DNA of 63,144 bases, filler included, from Octopus bimaculoides (GCF_001194135.2; 8 parts of 7 records of this genome joined end to end with filler, not necessarily neighbours in it); one strand, 5' to 3'. Counted from the whole stretch's first letter, positions 15,047 through 28,369 are shown. Program-made: numbers and translations. The notes: generated from the letters alone by a model not told the origin.

Positions 15047-15249
15047 CTGTAAAAATCCACTCAATATTTTGATAGAGAGCCTAAAGATTTTAACAGACAC
15101 CGAAAGAATAGGCGCAACCCATAGATTCATGTGTTTACTAAGCGAGGGCCTAATGTAATGAAGAATAAAATAGGAGTATGTGAGTCAGATGTTATTTATA
15201 TATAAGAAAATCTGAATGATTTATGGAAGTAGCAACGGTCTAAAGTAAT

Positions 15250-16531
15250 GACGAAGAAAAGTAGGCATATGTGAGTCAGGTGTTATTTTTGTTTAAGAAA
15301 ATCAGGATGTTTTGTGGATGATCCAGAAAGCTGTGTATGTTTAGAGTGAAAAAAAAGTGGACGGACTCTTGTAGTACTCTGGCTGTGCTATTTCTGTAAA
15401 CTGCAAACAACCATTGAGATAGTTTGCTTGCCAGTAGTTTTTTTTTCTTTATGTGATCTTAAGCATTTCGATGTCGATGGTAGTTAAAGAAGGTCTTTTA
15501 GTTGACAAAGTCATCTTGTATTTTCTATATTAGGTTTGTGAGTAGGTTCTAGTAAAGTGTAATGGTCTGAATCTGTGTTGTGATTTGGAGAGTGAGATGC
15601 GTGGGTTAGTGATATTAAATGATTATCCTTTCTAGAGCTTTTTCAGGATGTGGAGAGGTGAGTGATAGATCTATGATTCTATTTCACTTGACTTTTTGTA
15701 AGATTTTACAATTGTAACGATTCTTTAGCCCAGCTTGCAGTTTCTACAAAGTTAACTGCGGTTACAATTCGTTGTAGATCGAGGTGGATGCCATGATTCC
15801 TTTGTGTCCTCGATATTTTAAATTTATGTTTGAGATCTTGTCTGAATCCAAAGTTTTTGAACTTTTAGATTTCTCTATTGCGCTTTGAAAGTCGAACGGA
15901 AAAGGGAGGTAAAAATCGTAGTCTTAGAGGGATTTATTTTCTGAGTTGTCTTTTCTATGTGGTTTTTGGTAGCTGATTTTCGAATAGTGTCTGATAAGAC
16001 CATTTGATTTGTGTTGAAATGCGAATAGTATGAAGTTATTTTTTCTGATATAGTGTATGGTGTGAGTGTAGTTATGGATGCTGATAATTATACTGCATTG
16101 TATTTTGCCGTTAGTTTCGTGGTTTTATGTTGTCCACAAATGTATGCCAGTTTTCATAGAATGGAGAACAGTTGCTAGGCAAGGGCTTGCGTTCTCGGTG
16201 GTCAGGATGATCCTAGATCTGTGGGATTTCTTGATTGGTCCTAGTTGGAGGTTCTCCTGTATCAGGAGGCCTGAATCAAAGATTTGTTCATGTATTTTGT
16301 TTATCATGTATAATTTTATCTCATTTCTTTCTTCTTTCTTTGTTTTCCTCTCATCTTTAATGTATCCCCCACCACAAATTGTAAACTGTCCTTATAATGT
16401 CTCCCTCATCTGATGTCCCTAGAGCACATAAATCCTCCTCCTCTGCAACATCATCATCATTGTTACTACTACTACAACAACAACAACAACAATAACTACT
16501 ACTACTACTGTTGTTGCTGCTGCTGCTGCTC

Positions 16532-16575
<44 letters not shown>

Positions 16576-16651
16576 GATATAGCTGATGCTGGTACTGCTG
16601 CCGCTGTTGTTGCTGCCACTGTGTTGCTGCCGCTCGTGTTGCTACTACTGC

Positions 16652-16698
<47 letters not shown>

Positions 16699-17260
16699 TC
16701 GCGCTTTCCTTTAGATCTTTGAAGCCGTGTTTTATTTCGGTTATATGTAGTTTTGGTGCATTGTGTTTGAAGTTGTTCTCGCTTTTACGAGGTTGGCTAT
16801 TTCTGGTCTGGTGTGTAATTGAAGTTATATAGTTTTTTATGTTGCCCTGTGGGATACCTTCTTTAAATGCGTTTATAATTATTTTGTTGAATCTATGTAC
16901 TGTAGTGTCTATGTCGGTGATTGTGGTGCTGTTGAATTCTGAAAAAAAATCTTAATTCTGCGTTCTGGCTCAGCTCATTCTAGTGCACTTTTTTTGAAGT
17001 CTGTAAAAGCGGTTTTACATTGATGTGCAACTATGTTAGACGGTCCGAAGAAAGTTTGGGAAATGACTGTGAAGAGACTGTAGTATCTAGGTGTGGGGAA
17101 ACAGAACTTGATGGTTAGAGAAAAGTTGTTGGTAAAGCTTGTTGAGGTAAATGAATTTGAGCTTATCGTTTAAAACTTAAACAGAGTTGATTGCGGCACC
17201 TCTGTTTTTCTATATTTCTATAATATTTGATAGTCAAGAGAATTTTTGCGCGTTGAAACC
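15250..17260 (-). mobile_element. Decayed I/Jockey-group LINE (APE C-terminus, linker, RT N-half), split by a microsatellite at 16420-16700
   Basis: Broken translations such as KSSKTLDSDKISNINLKY (APGPDGISN-type), YRSI, HRFRPLH, TIDI and LSSD/FKK motifs. Confidence 0.65.
16445..16700 (+). repeat. Compound (CAA/TAC/TGC/TAT)n microsatellite
   Basis: Direct reading. Confidence 0.9.
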
Positions 17261-17304
17261 TCACTAGAGGGCGGTGTTCATCAGAGTATTAAATTGCTAT
17301 ATAA

Positions 17305-17859
17305 CAACGGTCCCCAACAACCTCTATTGCATTACAAACAAAACAATCTTCGTGGACCAGGAGATCATGCACATGACAAAACAGTAAAGTGCATAATTTG
17401 ATTATTATATATATAAATAAATATATATATAAAATATATAAATGCGCTTTTTTAAAGCCTAGCCAGGCTCATGGGCCCGATTTCCCGGTTTCAATGGCGT
17501 ATGTGTTCCCCAGCTGGACGGGACGCCAGTCCATCGCAGCGTTACTCATTTTTGCCAGCTGAGTGGACTGGAGCAACGTGAAATAAAGTGGTTTGCTCAA
17601 GAACACAACGCGTCGCCCGGTCCAGGAATCGAAACCACAATCTTACGATCATGATGCTGACACCCTAACCACTAAGCCACGCGCCTCCACAAATAAATAT
17701 ATATTACATATATAATACGTATATTATGCAAAAGCAACATGCAGACTGACAGTCAATAAAACAGAAATAAAACCTTAAAACTAATTCTTTCTGTGCGGCC
17801 TGGCACCAAATAATTCACGGCCTGATACTGGTCCGCGGCCCGGTGATTGTATACCACTG
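17305..17859. mobile_element. hAT/Charlie-like MITE with a nested SINE
   Basis: Ends caacggtccccaac and ggtccgcggcccggtgattgtataccactg. 8-bp flanks ctatataa / ctatgtag match at 6 of 8 positions. Confidence 0.6.
17443..17688 (-). mobile_element. tRNA-derived SINE family B with a CORE-like central domain
   Basis: Head ggaggcgcgtggcttagtggttag..gtttcgattcc, then tgtgttcttgagcaa..cactttatttcacgttgctccagtccactcagctggcaaaaatgagta. Confidence 0.85.
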
Positions 17860-18784
17860 CTATGTAGGACTTCGTTAGAGAGGATTGCGGTATTATGTAT
17901 GTTTATTGTATTAATGTACGTTATGTTTCTAGTTTCTTTTCTTTTGGAAACCTGCATTTCTAGGGCAATGTAGTTTCCAGTTAGTTTACGAAGGTCATTT
18001 ATAATGTTAATATTTTAGATGCAACTTTTTATCTATAACACCAGCACCATTATTAAAGGGTTTTCATGTTCTGATTTAAGTGTAAGTTTAACTTTTGGTT
18101 ATTCTGTCTTTGTTTATAAGAAAGTCTCTTGAATAGCAGCAACATTAGTGCTTTGTCTCGTCTCACTACTTGACAACAGGCGTTACGTCCCGTAACTTAA
18201 CAGTTCAGCAAAAGAGTCCGATAAAATTAGTAACAGACTTAAAAAATAAGTACGAGGGTAGATTTGTTCGATTAAAACCTTTCAACGAGTTCTTTATTTA
18301 AGACGATAAGGTGTGCTTTGAGGCAGGTTTGGTAGCTATGTTTCGCAAGTGGAGCGACTACGAAGAGGCTTCTTCGTTGGTTCATCTTCTTCTGTGTCGC
18401 TAAGTACTCCAAACTATTATCATTAGCTACCTCTATATATCTACTGAACGAAACCGAATGAGGATTATTCAGTTCGATTGAATCTAATCCAATTAAATAA
18501 CATTTGTTTGTATTCGGCTGAATTAGATTCGGTACCATTGAATAATCCAATAGCCATTGTTGTCATTTGGCTACATGGTTAACATGTACGTTGCACAGTT
18601 ATAAAATTTCGGTTCAATCCCATTGTGCAGCATCTTGAGAAAGCGTCTTCTACTGCTGCCTCGGGTCAACCAAAGCTTTATGAGTAAAATTTGTCATACC
18701 TACACAATACTAAAAATTAACGTATTAGCTTTAACCTAAATGCTCTATTAACATTGCCCCAAGTTTCAATTTTGCCCCAAGGCC

Positions 18785-19691
18785 TGCAAGTTCAGACGAT
18801 TAGATCTTTTCTCTTGAACAGCCGTGTTGAGTCGTTCCATCTGTTGAACATAGAGTTCCGCGTTGACCGTTTGGTTCCGTTCAAGCAATTCGTAATGGAT
18901 AATCCCTTCCCAGTCCCATCATACGCACAACATCGTTTTACGCGGAAGAAGATTTTGTTTCACGCGCAGTGCCGCTTGTTTACCGGGGCTAAGCCATTCC
19001 TTACGCTATTTCATATTGATGTACAGGCACTATTTTTCGTTGCCAGTAACGATTCGGTAAAGAAATCGTTGCTTGCGTCCATGTGTTGAGCGGTGACGAG
19101 CAAGCAAACCAGCGGAGATTGTGACTCACTGATTTTTGTTGTTGTCACTTAAAGCATGAGGAACCCATGCTCCATACTTCTGAACCTTTCTTATCGAGTG
19201 AAGACGTTTCTCTGTAGCAGTGTGGAAGCATTCCATTTTCTCTGCCTGTTCACTTGTCGTTTGACGAGAATTTTCGTGCAAAAGTTGGTTTAATCGCTCT
19301 TCATCGAACTCAACTGGACGGCCAGAACGAGGTGCGTCTTTGGGGTCAAAATTGCCATTTTTGAACTTGGCATACCAATCACGAGCGGTTCTTTCAGCTA
19401 TGGCACCCTCTCCATGCACAGGACAAATGTCGCGAGCAGCTTTTGCGGCCTTAGAACTTTGATTAAAAGCAAAAAGACGGAGGTGTCGAAAATGCTCGTT
19501 TTTTCTTAATTTGGCATTCCATTTTAATGATCTGAAAATAAACAAAAATTAATTAAAATTAGCTAGAAAAAAAAAATATTCCAAAATGATTCAAAAATAG
19601 AATTCTCGAAAAAAAATAGATTCCAAAATTTAAAAACGCAATAAATTCCCAAACTTTAAAAAACGGCGGGAACTTAGTTGCCAAACCAATA
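18785..19691 (-). mobile_element. Decayed mariner element: 5' TIR plus transposase pseudogene, 3' truncated
   Basis: TIR TATTGGTTTGGCAACTAAGTTCCCGCCGTTT at 19691. Translation gives HTH, SGRP, WVPHAL, RIVTG(N)EK and WDWEGIIHYELL motifs, with stops and frameshifts. Confidence 0.92.
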
Positions 19692-20414
19692 GATTTATGT
19701 TTCCCGTGCTGTATTAGTTTTTTTTTCATTTACGTAATATGTAACCTTATCTATAGCACAGTATATTTTAACTCTTCGATAGCTTGATAGGTATGAATCG
19801 TTACATATATGTATGTTCGTGAATAGTCTGAATATCGTCTGTGTATGTATGTGCATTTCTATTTATACGCAAATAATGATGCAGATTGATTTGGCAACTT
19901 AAAATGAACTTTTACTATTTATGAAAGTACTCTTTTGATATAAATATTTTGTTTGAGAACTGGTGATGTGTGTGTGTAACAGAGAGAGAGAGAGGTGTGT
20001 GTGTGTATGTGTGTGTGTGTGTATTATGAAGATATATGCATGACCGTGTCTGAGAATGTTCATATGAGGTGTATACGGGGGATCGTACTGAATTCTCTTT
20101 GTTTCTTTGAACTATCTATTCTGTATATCTATTCTGTTAAAGTCTGTCATACCGGCCATGATGAAATACCACAAGGTATAGAAAATACGTATTCGCCTTT
20201 ATATATTTAATCCTTTATATTGAACACTCAATATTTCATCTATTCAATAAGACATATTCCATATATTCAATAAGACATTCAATACTTTATTTCATTGTAC
20301 CATCCATTTTTATTTTATATTATATATTGTATATTATATTATATATTATATATTCCATATTCTATATCCCACATTGGTTTTGCAGNNNNNNNNNNTATAT
20401 ATATATATATATAT

Positions 20415-21130
20415 CATAAGGGTAAAAAATTGGAAATATTAATTTGATTAACATCAATTTAAACCAGTGGCCTAGCATATTGAAAAAATCTGAAGATTCA
20501 GAAAAATTATATTACATACATATAAGAGGGGTGACTTCTAAGTGGACATATAATATGCTTCTGCAAATTATGTTTTGCTATGACGGTCACATTGATGAAT
20601 TGCGGACATTTGCGTATATAATTATGTAAGAGGTAACAATGAAATCTGGTATGTGACTAATCATTATATTTTGTATCTTTTCATTTGTCTTGCTCGCTTA
20701 CGTTCTGGCGTTTGCTGAATTTTTCTTGGGAACAATCTTTTCTTAGTGGTCAGACCATATGGGGTATACTTCTAGCATATTGAATGTCCACTTAGTGGCC
20801 ATTCCTCTTATATGTATGTAATATATATAACATAATAGGGTAAAAAATTGATATTAATTAATATCAATTTAATACTAGAAACCAGCACATTAAAAGAATC
20901 AGAAGATTCAGGAAAAATTTTCTGAGATACTAAAAGGATTATAGTACATGTGTATATAAAAGAGACCACTAAAGTGAACTGTTCATGTGCTAGAAGAAGA
21001 TCACTTAAAAATTCTCAAAGAAAGATTCAGCGGAGCAAAAACAGGCGGGCGAGACTAGTGAAAATTATAAATACCTCGGTTATCTGTAGACCATGATTTC
21101 AAAATCAACACTTTCTTAACGAAAGTATCT
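20415..21130. repeat. Three related segments of a (TA)n-associated repeat in +/-/+ orientation
   Basis: taagggtaaaaaattg..tattaat starts at ~20417 and ~20835. 20511-20560 is inverted at 20773-20822. A related end lies at 7285-7355(-). Confidence 0.6.
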
Positions 21131-21806
21131 GTTTATCTTCAGTACAGACCGCCAACATGATTATAATCCAACAGAATCTCGTGCTAGTTGTCTCCAACAA
21201 GTGAAAACGTGCACGTGATTCTATCAATTATAAAGAGTAAAATTCAAAAGTCTTAGTTTTGGCGCGCTAAATCCGGAAATATCTCTGCAGAAAATAATTT
21301 CTNNNNNNNNNNNNNNNNNNNNNNNNNNNNNNNNNNNNNNNNNNNNNNNNNNNNNNNNNNNNNNNNNNNNNNNNNNNNNNNNNNNNNNNNNNNNNNNNNN
21401 NNNNNNNNNNNNNNNNNNNNNNNNNNNNNNNNNNNNNNNNNNNNNNNNNNNNNNNNNNNNNNNNNNNNNNNNNNNNNNNNNNNNNNNNNNNNNNNNNNNN
21501 NNNNNNNNNNNNNNNNNNNNNNNNNNNNNNNNNNNNNNNNNNNNNNNNNNNNNNNNNNNNNNNNNNNNNNNNNNNNNNNNNNNNNNNNNNNNNNNNNNNN
21601 NNNNNNNNNNNNNNNNNNNNNNNNNNNNNNNNNNNNNNNNNNNNNNNNNNNNNNNNNNNNNNNNNNNNNNNNNNNNNNNNNNNNNNNNNNNNNNNNNNNN
21701 NNNNNNNNNNNNNNNNNNNNNNNNNNNNNNNNNNNNNNNNNNNNNNNNNNNNNNNNNNNNNNNNNNNNNNNNNNNNNNNNNNNTATATATATATATATAT
21801 ATATAT

Positions 21807-21999
21807 GGGAGAATGTACGAAAAAACAACAACAGACGAGGACAGGTGGTGTAAATAGCAAAAGGATGTATTAGTATGACGCTCGGGAATACGGAAAGTCT
21901 TTGACGTTTCGAGCTACGCTCTTCAACAGAAAGAATACGGAGACAACGAGAAAAACACGGAGAAAAAAAATGAATAGTGTTCAGTCAACGGTCAATCAT
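21807..21999 (-). mobile_element. Penelope-like pLTR fragment, same family
   Basis: Near-identical inverted copy of about 53880-54071, with its 3' end abutting (TA)n. Confidence 0.55.
21898..21934 (-). ncRNA. Second identical copy of the minimal hammerhead-like motif
   Basis: Reverse complement of tctttgacgtttcgagctacgctcttcaacagaaaga equals the 53945-53981 motif. Confidence 0.62.
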
Positions 22000-23246
22000 G
22001 GATATACTATTCATATATGTGGTATGTACAGACTTACGTCTGTGTGCGTGTGTATATACATATGCGCGTGTTCATGTGAGGTGTATACGTTGGCGCCGTT
22101 ATCAATGGTCTGCCCTTCTCAATTTCTGTTCTTCTGAATCAGCCGTGCATGAAATTCCAATTGTTTTGGCTGCTTTGTTATGCATCAAAGTAGCTCTACT
22201 AAAATAAATAAATTGTCTTTAACATGCCTGATCTACTATGTCTATATTTAAACCCCTGTTTATTTTTCTTCATTCGTTCTATTTATTTGTTTGTTTATTA
22301 ATTTATTTAACTTATTCTCTGTTTGTATTATATGATTTATTCATTTACAGACCATGGTATGGCCAACCAAATCTTTAGAAAGCAAATCATTATCATAAAC
22401 AAATTCTTTCTTATTTTATCTTTTATTTTTGATTTCACTGTATTTACCTTACTCTGTTTTAGTGTATTTCGCTCCATTAATGCACTCTACATATGGTAAT
22501 TCTAGCATTTGTAAAGAGTGAAATAAGCTGCATATATCTATTCTCTGTGACTATATAATGAAACTACATGCTATCTATAGCAGCGTCTAGAGTTTTAACC
22601 TGCCATGAAATGTTCTGAAGTGTAGTTTGTTCGTTATGTCACAATACAATTATATTTAATGGTATAAAAATACATTCATATAGATATTCATTATTATATA
22701 TGTGTGTAACAGATGACGTTGCGTCACTTATGTAACTAAGATAGATTATGATTTAGCTGTTAACAAATGGAATAACAAATACATTCTCTCACTTCATTAT
22801 TTTTATCTGGTCAATTTTTATACATACTCTCTACCATTGCGATTCCCGGATTTTCAGAACGACAGTGAGATTACATCCTATTCTCTCACGCACCAGACGA
22901 GGGACCTTACTGAATTCTGTTTGATTCTTTGAACCATCTACTCTGTGTGTGTGCGTATATATATATTCTTACGGATATACTACTCATATATATGGCATGT
23001 ACAGTATATCCGTGTGCGTGTGTATAAATATAAACATTCCCACATACGCGCGCGCACATACACATGCTCAGTCTCAGGTATTTAGGTGAACAGCGCCCAT
23101 TTAACATACCTGTCGGGAGTTGGAATGTTGAAAGAAATTCTCTTAATTTTATGTCACGTGTGTTTTTCTCTCTCTCTTTCTTACTCCTTCTCTCTTTCTC
23201 TCTCCTCCTCCTCTCTCTCTCCTTCTCTCTCTGTTCGCGCGGGTAG

Positions 23247-23324
<78 letters not shown>

Positions 23325-23638
23325 ATGTGTGTTGACACTAATGTGTGTTAGAAGAGCCATGTCAACATAGACATGAATGAATGTACCAGAACAAAAACCG
23401 TTTGTAAATAAGACATTCTTTCTTCTGTATATAACGACTGGAAAAACAATACAGAGACAATACCGGTTCTGATATGGTGGATCTATTTTAATGCGTAAAT
23501 AGACTACATTTATGTGTAATATGTTTTGTTTCTAGGTGGGTGTATACATACATACATACATACATACATACATACATGCATACATGCACACATACATACA
23601 TACATACATACATACACATAAATATACATATATTTACA

Positions 23639-23677
<39 letters not shown>

Positions 23678-23678
23678 A

Positions 23679-23729
<51 letters not shown>

Positions 23730-23754
23730 ATGTATGTGTGTGTGTGTATCTACG

Positions 23755-23854
23755 NNNNNNNNNNNNNNNNNNNNNNNNNNNNNNNNNNNNNNNNNNNNTT
23801 AATTAATTAANNNNNNNNNNNNNNNNNNNNNNNNNNNNNNNNNNNNNNNNNNNN
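23755..23854. other. Artificial scaffold linker N44-TTAATTAATTAA-N44
   Basis: Exactly 100 bp with a self-complementary six-frame stop 12-mer. Same structure at 27106, 35118, 42382, 48964, 53678 and 58416. Confidence 0.95.
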
Positions 23855-23980
23855 TACTGAAGAGATTGCAAGAGTGCAATGAAATAATTTAACAAAAAAC
23901 TATATAAATTAAATTAATAAAGGACTGAACCAGTGCGTGTGTTTATTACCGGCATAATGCCTCTCCCAAGGTTTAATTGT
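23855..23980 (+). mobile_element. 3' UTR end of the same Dong subfamily as 45473-46128
   Basis: Near-identical reverse complement of 45473-45595. Confidence 0.7.
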
Positions 23981-25021
23981 ATTTCTTTCAACACACGTAT
24001 CCACATCAAGAATCTTGCACACGAAATACACATACGAAATATATATATATATTTATATATATATATATATGTATATATATATGTATGTGTGTATGTATGT
24101 ACTATGTGTGCGGGTATATATATATGTATATATGCTTGATTGTATATATATTCATATATAGAAGTGTGTGTGTGAGAGTGTATGTTTGTGTATACATACG
24201 TATGTATGCATTTACGTTAGCGGATGGGCAAAGAATGAGGCTATTGGATACAGGCATCCAAGTTCTAAGTTACTGGCTCACGGAGTTTTCAACTACCAGA
24301 AAGTTGAGGCAGAGCAATGGGTTATATATTTTTTTTTATAAGTCGATATAGTTATATGGATAAACGCACGCGCACACACGCACAAACACACACACGCACA
24401 CACACACACACACACACACAAGTGATGATAGGAGACATTACTTAGACGCGCACACGCAACACATCTATAAAAATATGTATGCATACGAGGGCTTCTTTCA
24501 GTTTTCTCCTACCGAATCCTCTCACAAGGCTCCAGTCGGGCCGGGGCTATAGCGGAAGGCACTTGCCCAATGTGCCACGTAGTGAGACTGAACTTAAAGC
24601 CACATGTTTCGGAAGCAAGCTTTTTAACCACGCAGCCTTAAGTATTTGATATTTTACGGATAATGGCGTGTATTTTAATTCCACTGTTTTACGCTCCATT
24701 TATTTCAGTCATATTTCAGTCATACGACTCTACTGGGGCTCTGCCCCAAATAATTTAGTCGCTCAAACCCACCCTAGTACTGAATTTATTTAGTTTTGGC
24801 GTAGTATTGATTCCATCATTCTCTCTGTCAAAGAGCTGAATTTATCGGGTAAACACGCCAATATCGGTTGTGAAGGTATTGGAGGACAAATACAATAACA
24901 TGTAGACATACACGTACGTATATGTATGTATACATACATACATATATACATACATGCATGCAAATACACACAGGCACATACACGTGCGCACACCTATGCA
25001 CACCCACAAACACTTATATTA

Positions 25022-25897
25022 TACGTAGTATGATCGATAAGTATACGGACTGTTGCTATAGTAACGAAACTAAAGCACGCAGAGCGAAGCAGCTTCGTAC
25101 AGATTGACCTTGAACTCTGCTGTGATTGCGCACTACATTTTAACCTTCTAGTTCGTTGCCGTTGTTTACAGCACTGCTTGGAAGGAAAGTGTGTAGTGTG
25201 TGATCGTCGCATTGACCATGACAGAGGAAGTCGAGCTAAGAATCTGCATCAAATTTTGCCAAAAACTTGACAATACCTGCTCAGAGGCCTACGCAAATAT
25301 TTCGAAAAGCTTTTATCGTTCTCGGCACATTCAAGGAGAGCTTGTACACCTGAAACCCGAGTGTCATTTTTGTCAGCTGAATGCAGTTTTGGCACAAACT
25401 TAGCAGACACGTGTTTCATACCTAAATCTCCATTGATAATCGACTGAACTGAACCGTAACTAATCTGCACATCCTCTGATAACTTACAGATGGTGACTCG
25501 ACGATTTCCCCTCACAGCTGCATGCACATCTGCAATATTTTTCTCAGTTCTGCTGGTTGCGAACATTCGTCAATATCGACATTTTTTCCGTCACCTTAGA
25601 ATCGTTTGAACTACCCGTACACTTGTATGCGGATCATACACTGCACTTTCTGCAACTTACTGCAAATTTGCGTGGGCCTCTGAGTAAGTATCGCCATGGC
25701 AACTTTCTGTGTCATGGTGAATGCGGCGATTAGCCGCTATGCACGTTCCTTCCAAGCACTTCTGTAAACAGCGGAAATGTGCTAGAACGTTAAAACGCAC
25801 AGCATAGTTCAAGGTCAATGTGTGCCGAGCGGCTTTACTCTGTGTGCTTTAGCTTCGTTACTATGCAAACAGTCCGGATACCTATTGATCAGACCTG
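25022..25897. mobile_element. Composite mariner remnant made of two opposed 5' halves
   Basis: Plus arm 25022-25297 (TIR, MTEEVELRICIKFCQKL). Minus arm 25897-25298 (TIR, ISYGSVQSI..LGMKHVSAKFVPKL). The two arms form a long imperfect inverted repeat. Confidence 0.8.
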
Positions 25898-26689
25898 TCT
25901 GCCAAATCCACTCAGGTCTTTGGTCGACTCGGGTCTTTCGTGGAAGAGATCTGCGAAAGTGCAACGCAGTGAGAATAGACACAGGCCCACGTGGCTGGGA
26001 AGCAAAGTTCTTACCAGACAGACACACTCGCACATAATTTACCAAACATGTGTACGATATAGTTGAAGTTCACTAGAATTGAACGCTGTGTAGTTTGTAA
26101 GTCATTAGACGGTTTTCATTTTAGGATCGATTTTTTTCCTGTCTTCTTCCGACTGTATAAATTAATTTTTTGAAGGGGTTCCTCACGAAATAATTAAACA
26201 CGGAAAATGTTTAAGTTATACTTTACGTTTGTATCCTTTGGCCAGTCAGGTATAGTTTCATATCGAATTAAAGAATTACTTATTCGTTTGGTAATATTAA
26301 ACTCAGGCGGAGCGAACGCTGTCATGATGATGAACAATGAATGAGATCCAGTGACAGTAAATTCTATACGTACGTACAAAACATGCACATACATTATACA
26401 GTTTATAATATATATACATGCATACACACGCATATACATACAAGCATACATATATACATGCAAACATACATACATACATATCTGCCTAGGTATGTATATA
26501 CGCATCTATGTATGGACATATTGGCGCACACATACGCACATATGTACTATATGCATGTATAATATGTATACGTGCGTGCGTATGTGTGTGTATATGTGCT
26601 AGTTTGTGTGCGAAACAATTCACTACAAATATATTCATTGACAGCATGCCAATAAGTGCAAACTTTCGGGGCGTGTATTACAGCAAATC

Positions 26690-27040
26690 GAAATGCCAAA
26701 TATCAGAATGTCTTGAAATGCCATGATCAACATTGCTGAAATCCTTGCCAAGATTTCGATATATATACAGTCATCTTTCACTGCTGGCAAAAGAGACTTC
26801 AATGTCTCGTCATACTTCTGAAGAAGATTTGTTAAACAGCTTCCTCCATGTGGAGTACCTCTGAGAAAGCTATTGTTCTCCGTTTGTATAATTACTCGTT
26901 TCTGCTCTGTTTCTCTCTTTGTGAATTGGTTTGATGATTGCCTCCTTCAGCGTTGCAAGAAAGATTTCAAACATCCAGAAACGTTATAACATTAATTTTC
27001 AAAGGTTTTCCTAGGACACTGCACCATTATTTTAGTATCA
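26690..27040 (-). mobile_element. Decayed CR1/L2-group RT fragment
   Basis: LKEAIIKPIHK, GSCLTNLLQKYD and a DxGKDFSNVDHG (KAFDKVDH-like) motif across frameshifts. Confidence 0.7.
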
Positions 27041-27068
27041 TAGGAAAGATATATATATATCCTTTCTC

Positions 27069-27105
<37 letters not shown>

Positions 27106-27205
27106 NNNNNNNNNNNNNNNNNNNNNNNNNNNNNNNNNNNNNNNNNNNNTTAATTAATTAANNNNNNNNNNNNNNNNNNNNNNNNNNNNNNNNNNNNNNN
27201 NNNNN

Positions 27206-27249
<44 letters not shown>

Positions 27250-27892
27250 GTGTGTGTATCTGTGTGTATGAAAGTATTTATAAAAATACACACACACACA
27301 CACAGGTACAGACACATGCATATACAACACACGCTGAAAGTTGAAAAAAAGTAACCAAAGTTGAAAGAAAACCGCTTCACAACACTCAATTTTTGATAGA
27401 AAATTACTGCACATATTGCGACAGTAGTAGTAGCAGCAGCAGCAGCAAATTTAATGACATTGATGGAGGTTACAATAGTAGCTCAGGAATAAACGGAGAA
27501 TAGATCATACTATAACTTTTTGTCTTTCGGTTTAGAGAGACAGGAGCATCTATGGCTTATTTTCTCTTCCTTCTTGTTTTCACGTTTACTTATTTAAGTA
27601 TAAAAGCTGAGTTTGGGACACAGACTATCGATAATCTATCTTGAGCGCATTAATAGAAAACTTTGACACGAACTATTTTACGAGACTAATTCGTAGACAC
27701 AAATTCAACTTTCGCACAGAATCCTCTGCAATCGTTATTTCAGTTATCTGACTCCCGGTTTAGTTGTATAAACAATAAGAGCTAAGAGACATAACTCCAA
27801 GTGGACAGTGCCAGATATTTCACTAATGTAGACAAATAACAGGTTTGTTAATACCATACGACGTAAACTATCGTCTTCTATTTTATTGCACC

Positions 27893-28085
27893 TTTAATCT
27901 TTTTACCTGTTTCAGCCATGCTGGAGTACCATCGTGATGGGTTTTAGTCGAAGAAATCGAACCCGGGACTTATTCTTTGTAAGCCTAGTACTTATTCTGT
28001 CGGTGTCTTTTGCCGAAACGCTAATTTACGGGGACGTAAACACACCAACATCGGTTGTCAAGCGATGGTAGGGGAACAAACACAG

Positions 28086-28118
<33 letters not shown>

Positions 28119-28127
28119 CGACGGGTG
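27893..28127 (-). mobile_element. SINE family A, 3' half
   Basis: Same tail motifs. Further partial copies at about 3472-3622(-), 18155-18290(+), 24489-24638(-), 25899-26020(-) and 53505-53677(-). Confidence 0.8.
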
Positions 28128-28151
28128 TGTATGCATCTGTGTACATATGCT

Positions 28152-28365
28152 TGCGTAGGTGGGGTGCTGGAAAGTTCCTGTCTTTAAGGGTATTGCGAAA
28201 GGGATCCAAACTTCTAAGTTCTTTGAGAGGGCTTAGAAAAACTGAAGGGCCACTGCAATAAGGGTGTGAATCTGAGAGGGGAACATATTGAGTAAAATCA
28301 TAATTAACTGATCCTCCTGTATTTTCTTTTATCTAAAGCCAGGAACTTTTTAGCACCACCTCGTA
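28152..28365 (+). mobile_element. Mariner-derived MITE
   Basis: About 30-bp TIRs (ggtgctggaaagttcctgtcttta / taaagccaggaactttttagcaccacctcgta). The interior is a decayed transposase C-terminus (GLEKLKGHCNKGVNLRGEHIE*). Confidence 0.8.
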
Positions 28366-28369
28366 TAAG

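Noticed and set aside
20489-20515. CTGAAGA..GAAA as a third hammerhead
   Set aside because: No stem I pairing and no G-C closing pair for stem II.
23110-23160. Sec7-like peptide LREFLSTFQLP on the minus strand
   Set aside because: An 11-aa resemblance only; the upstream sequence is a GA microsatellite with no acceptor.
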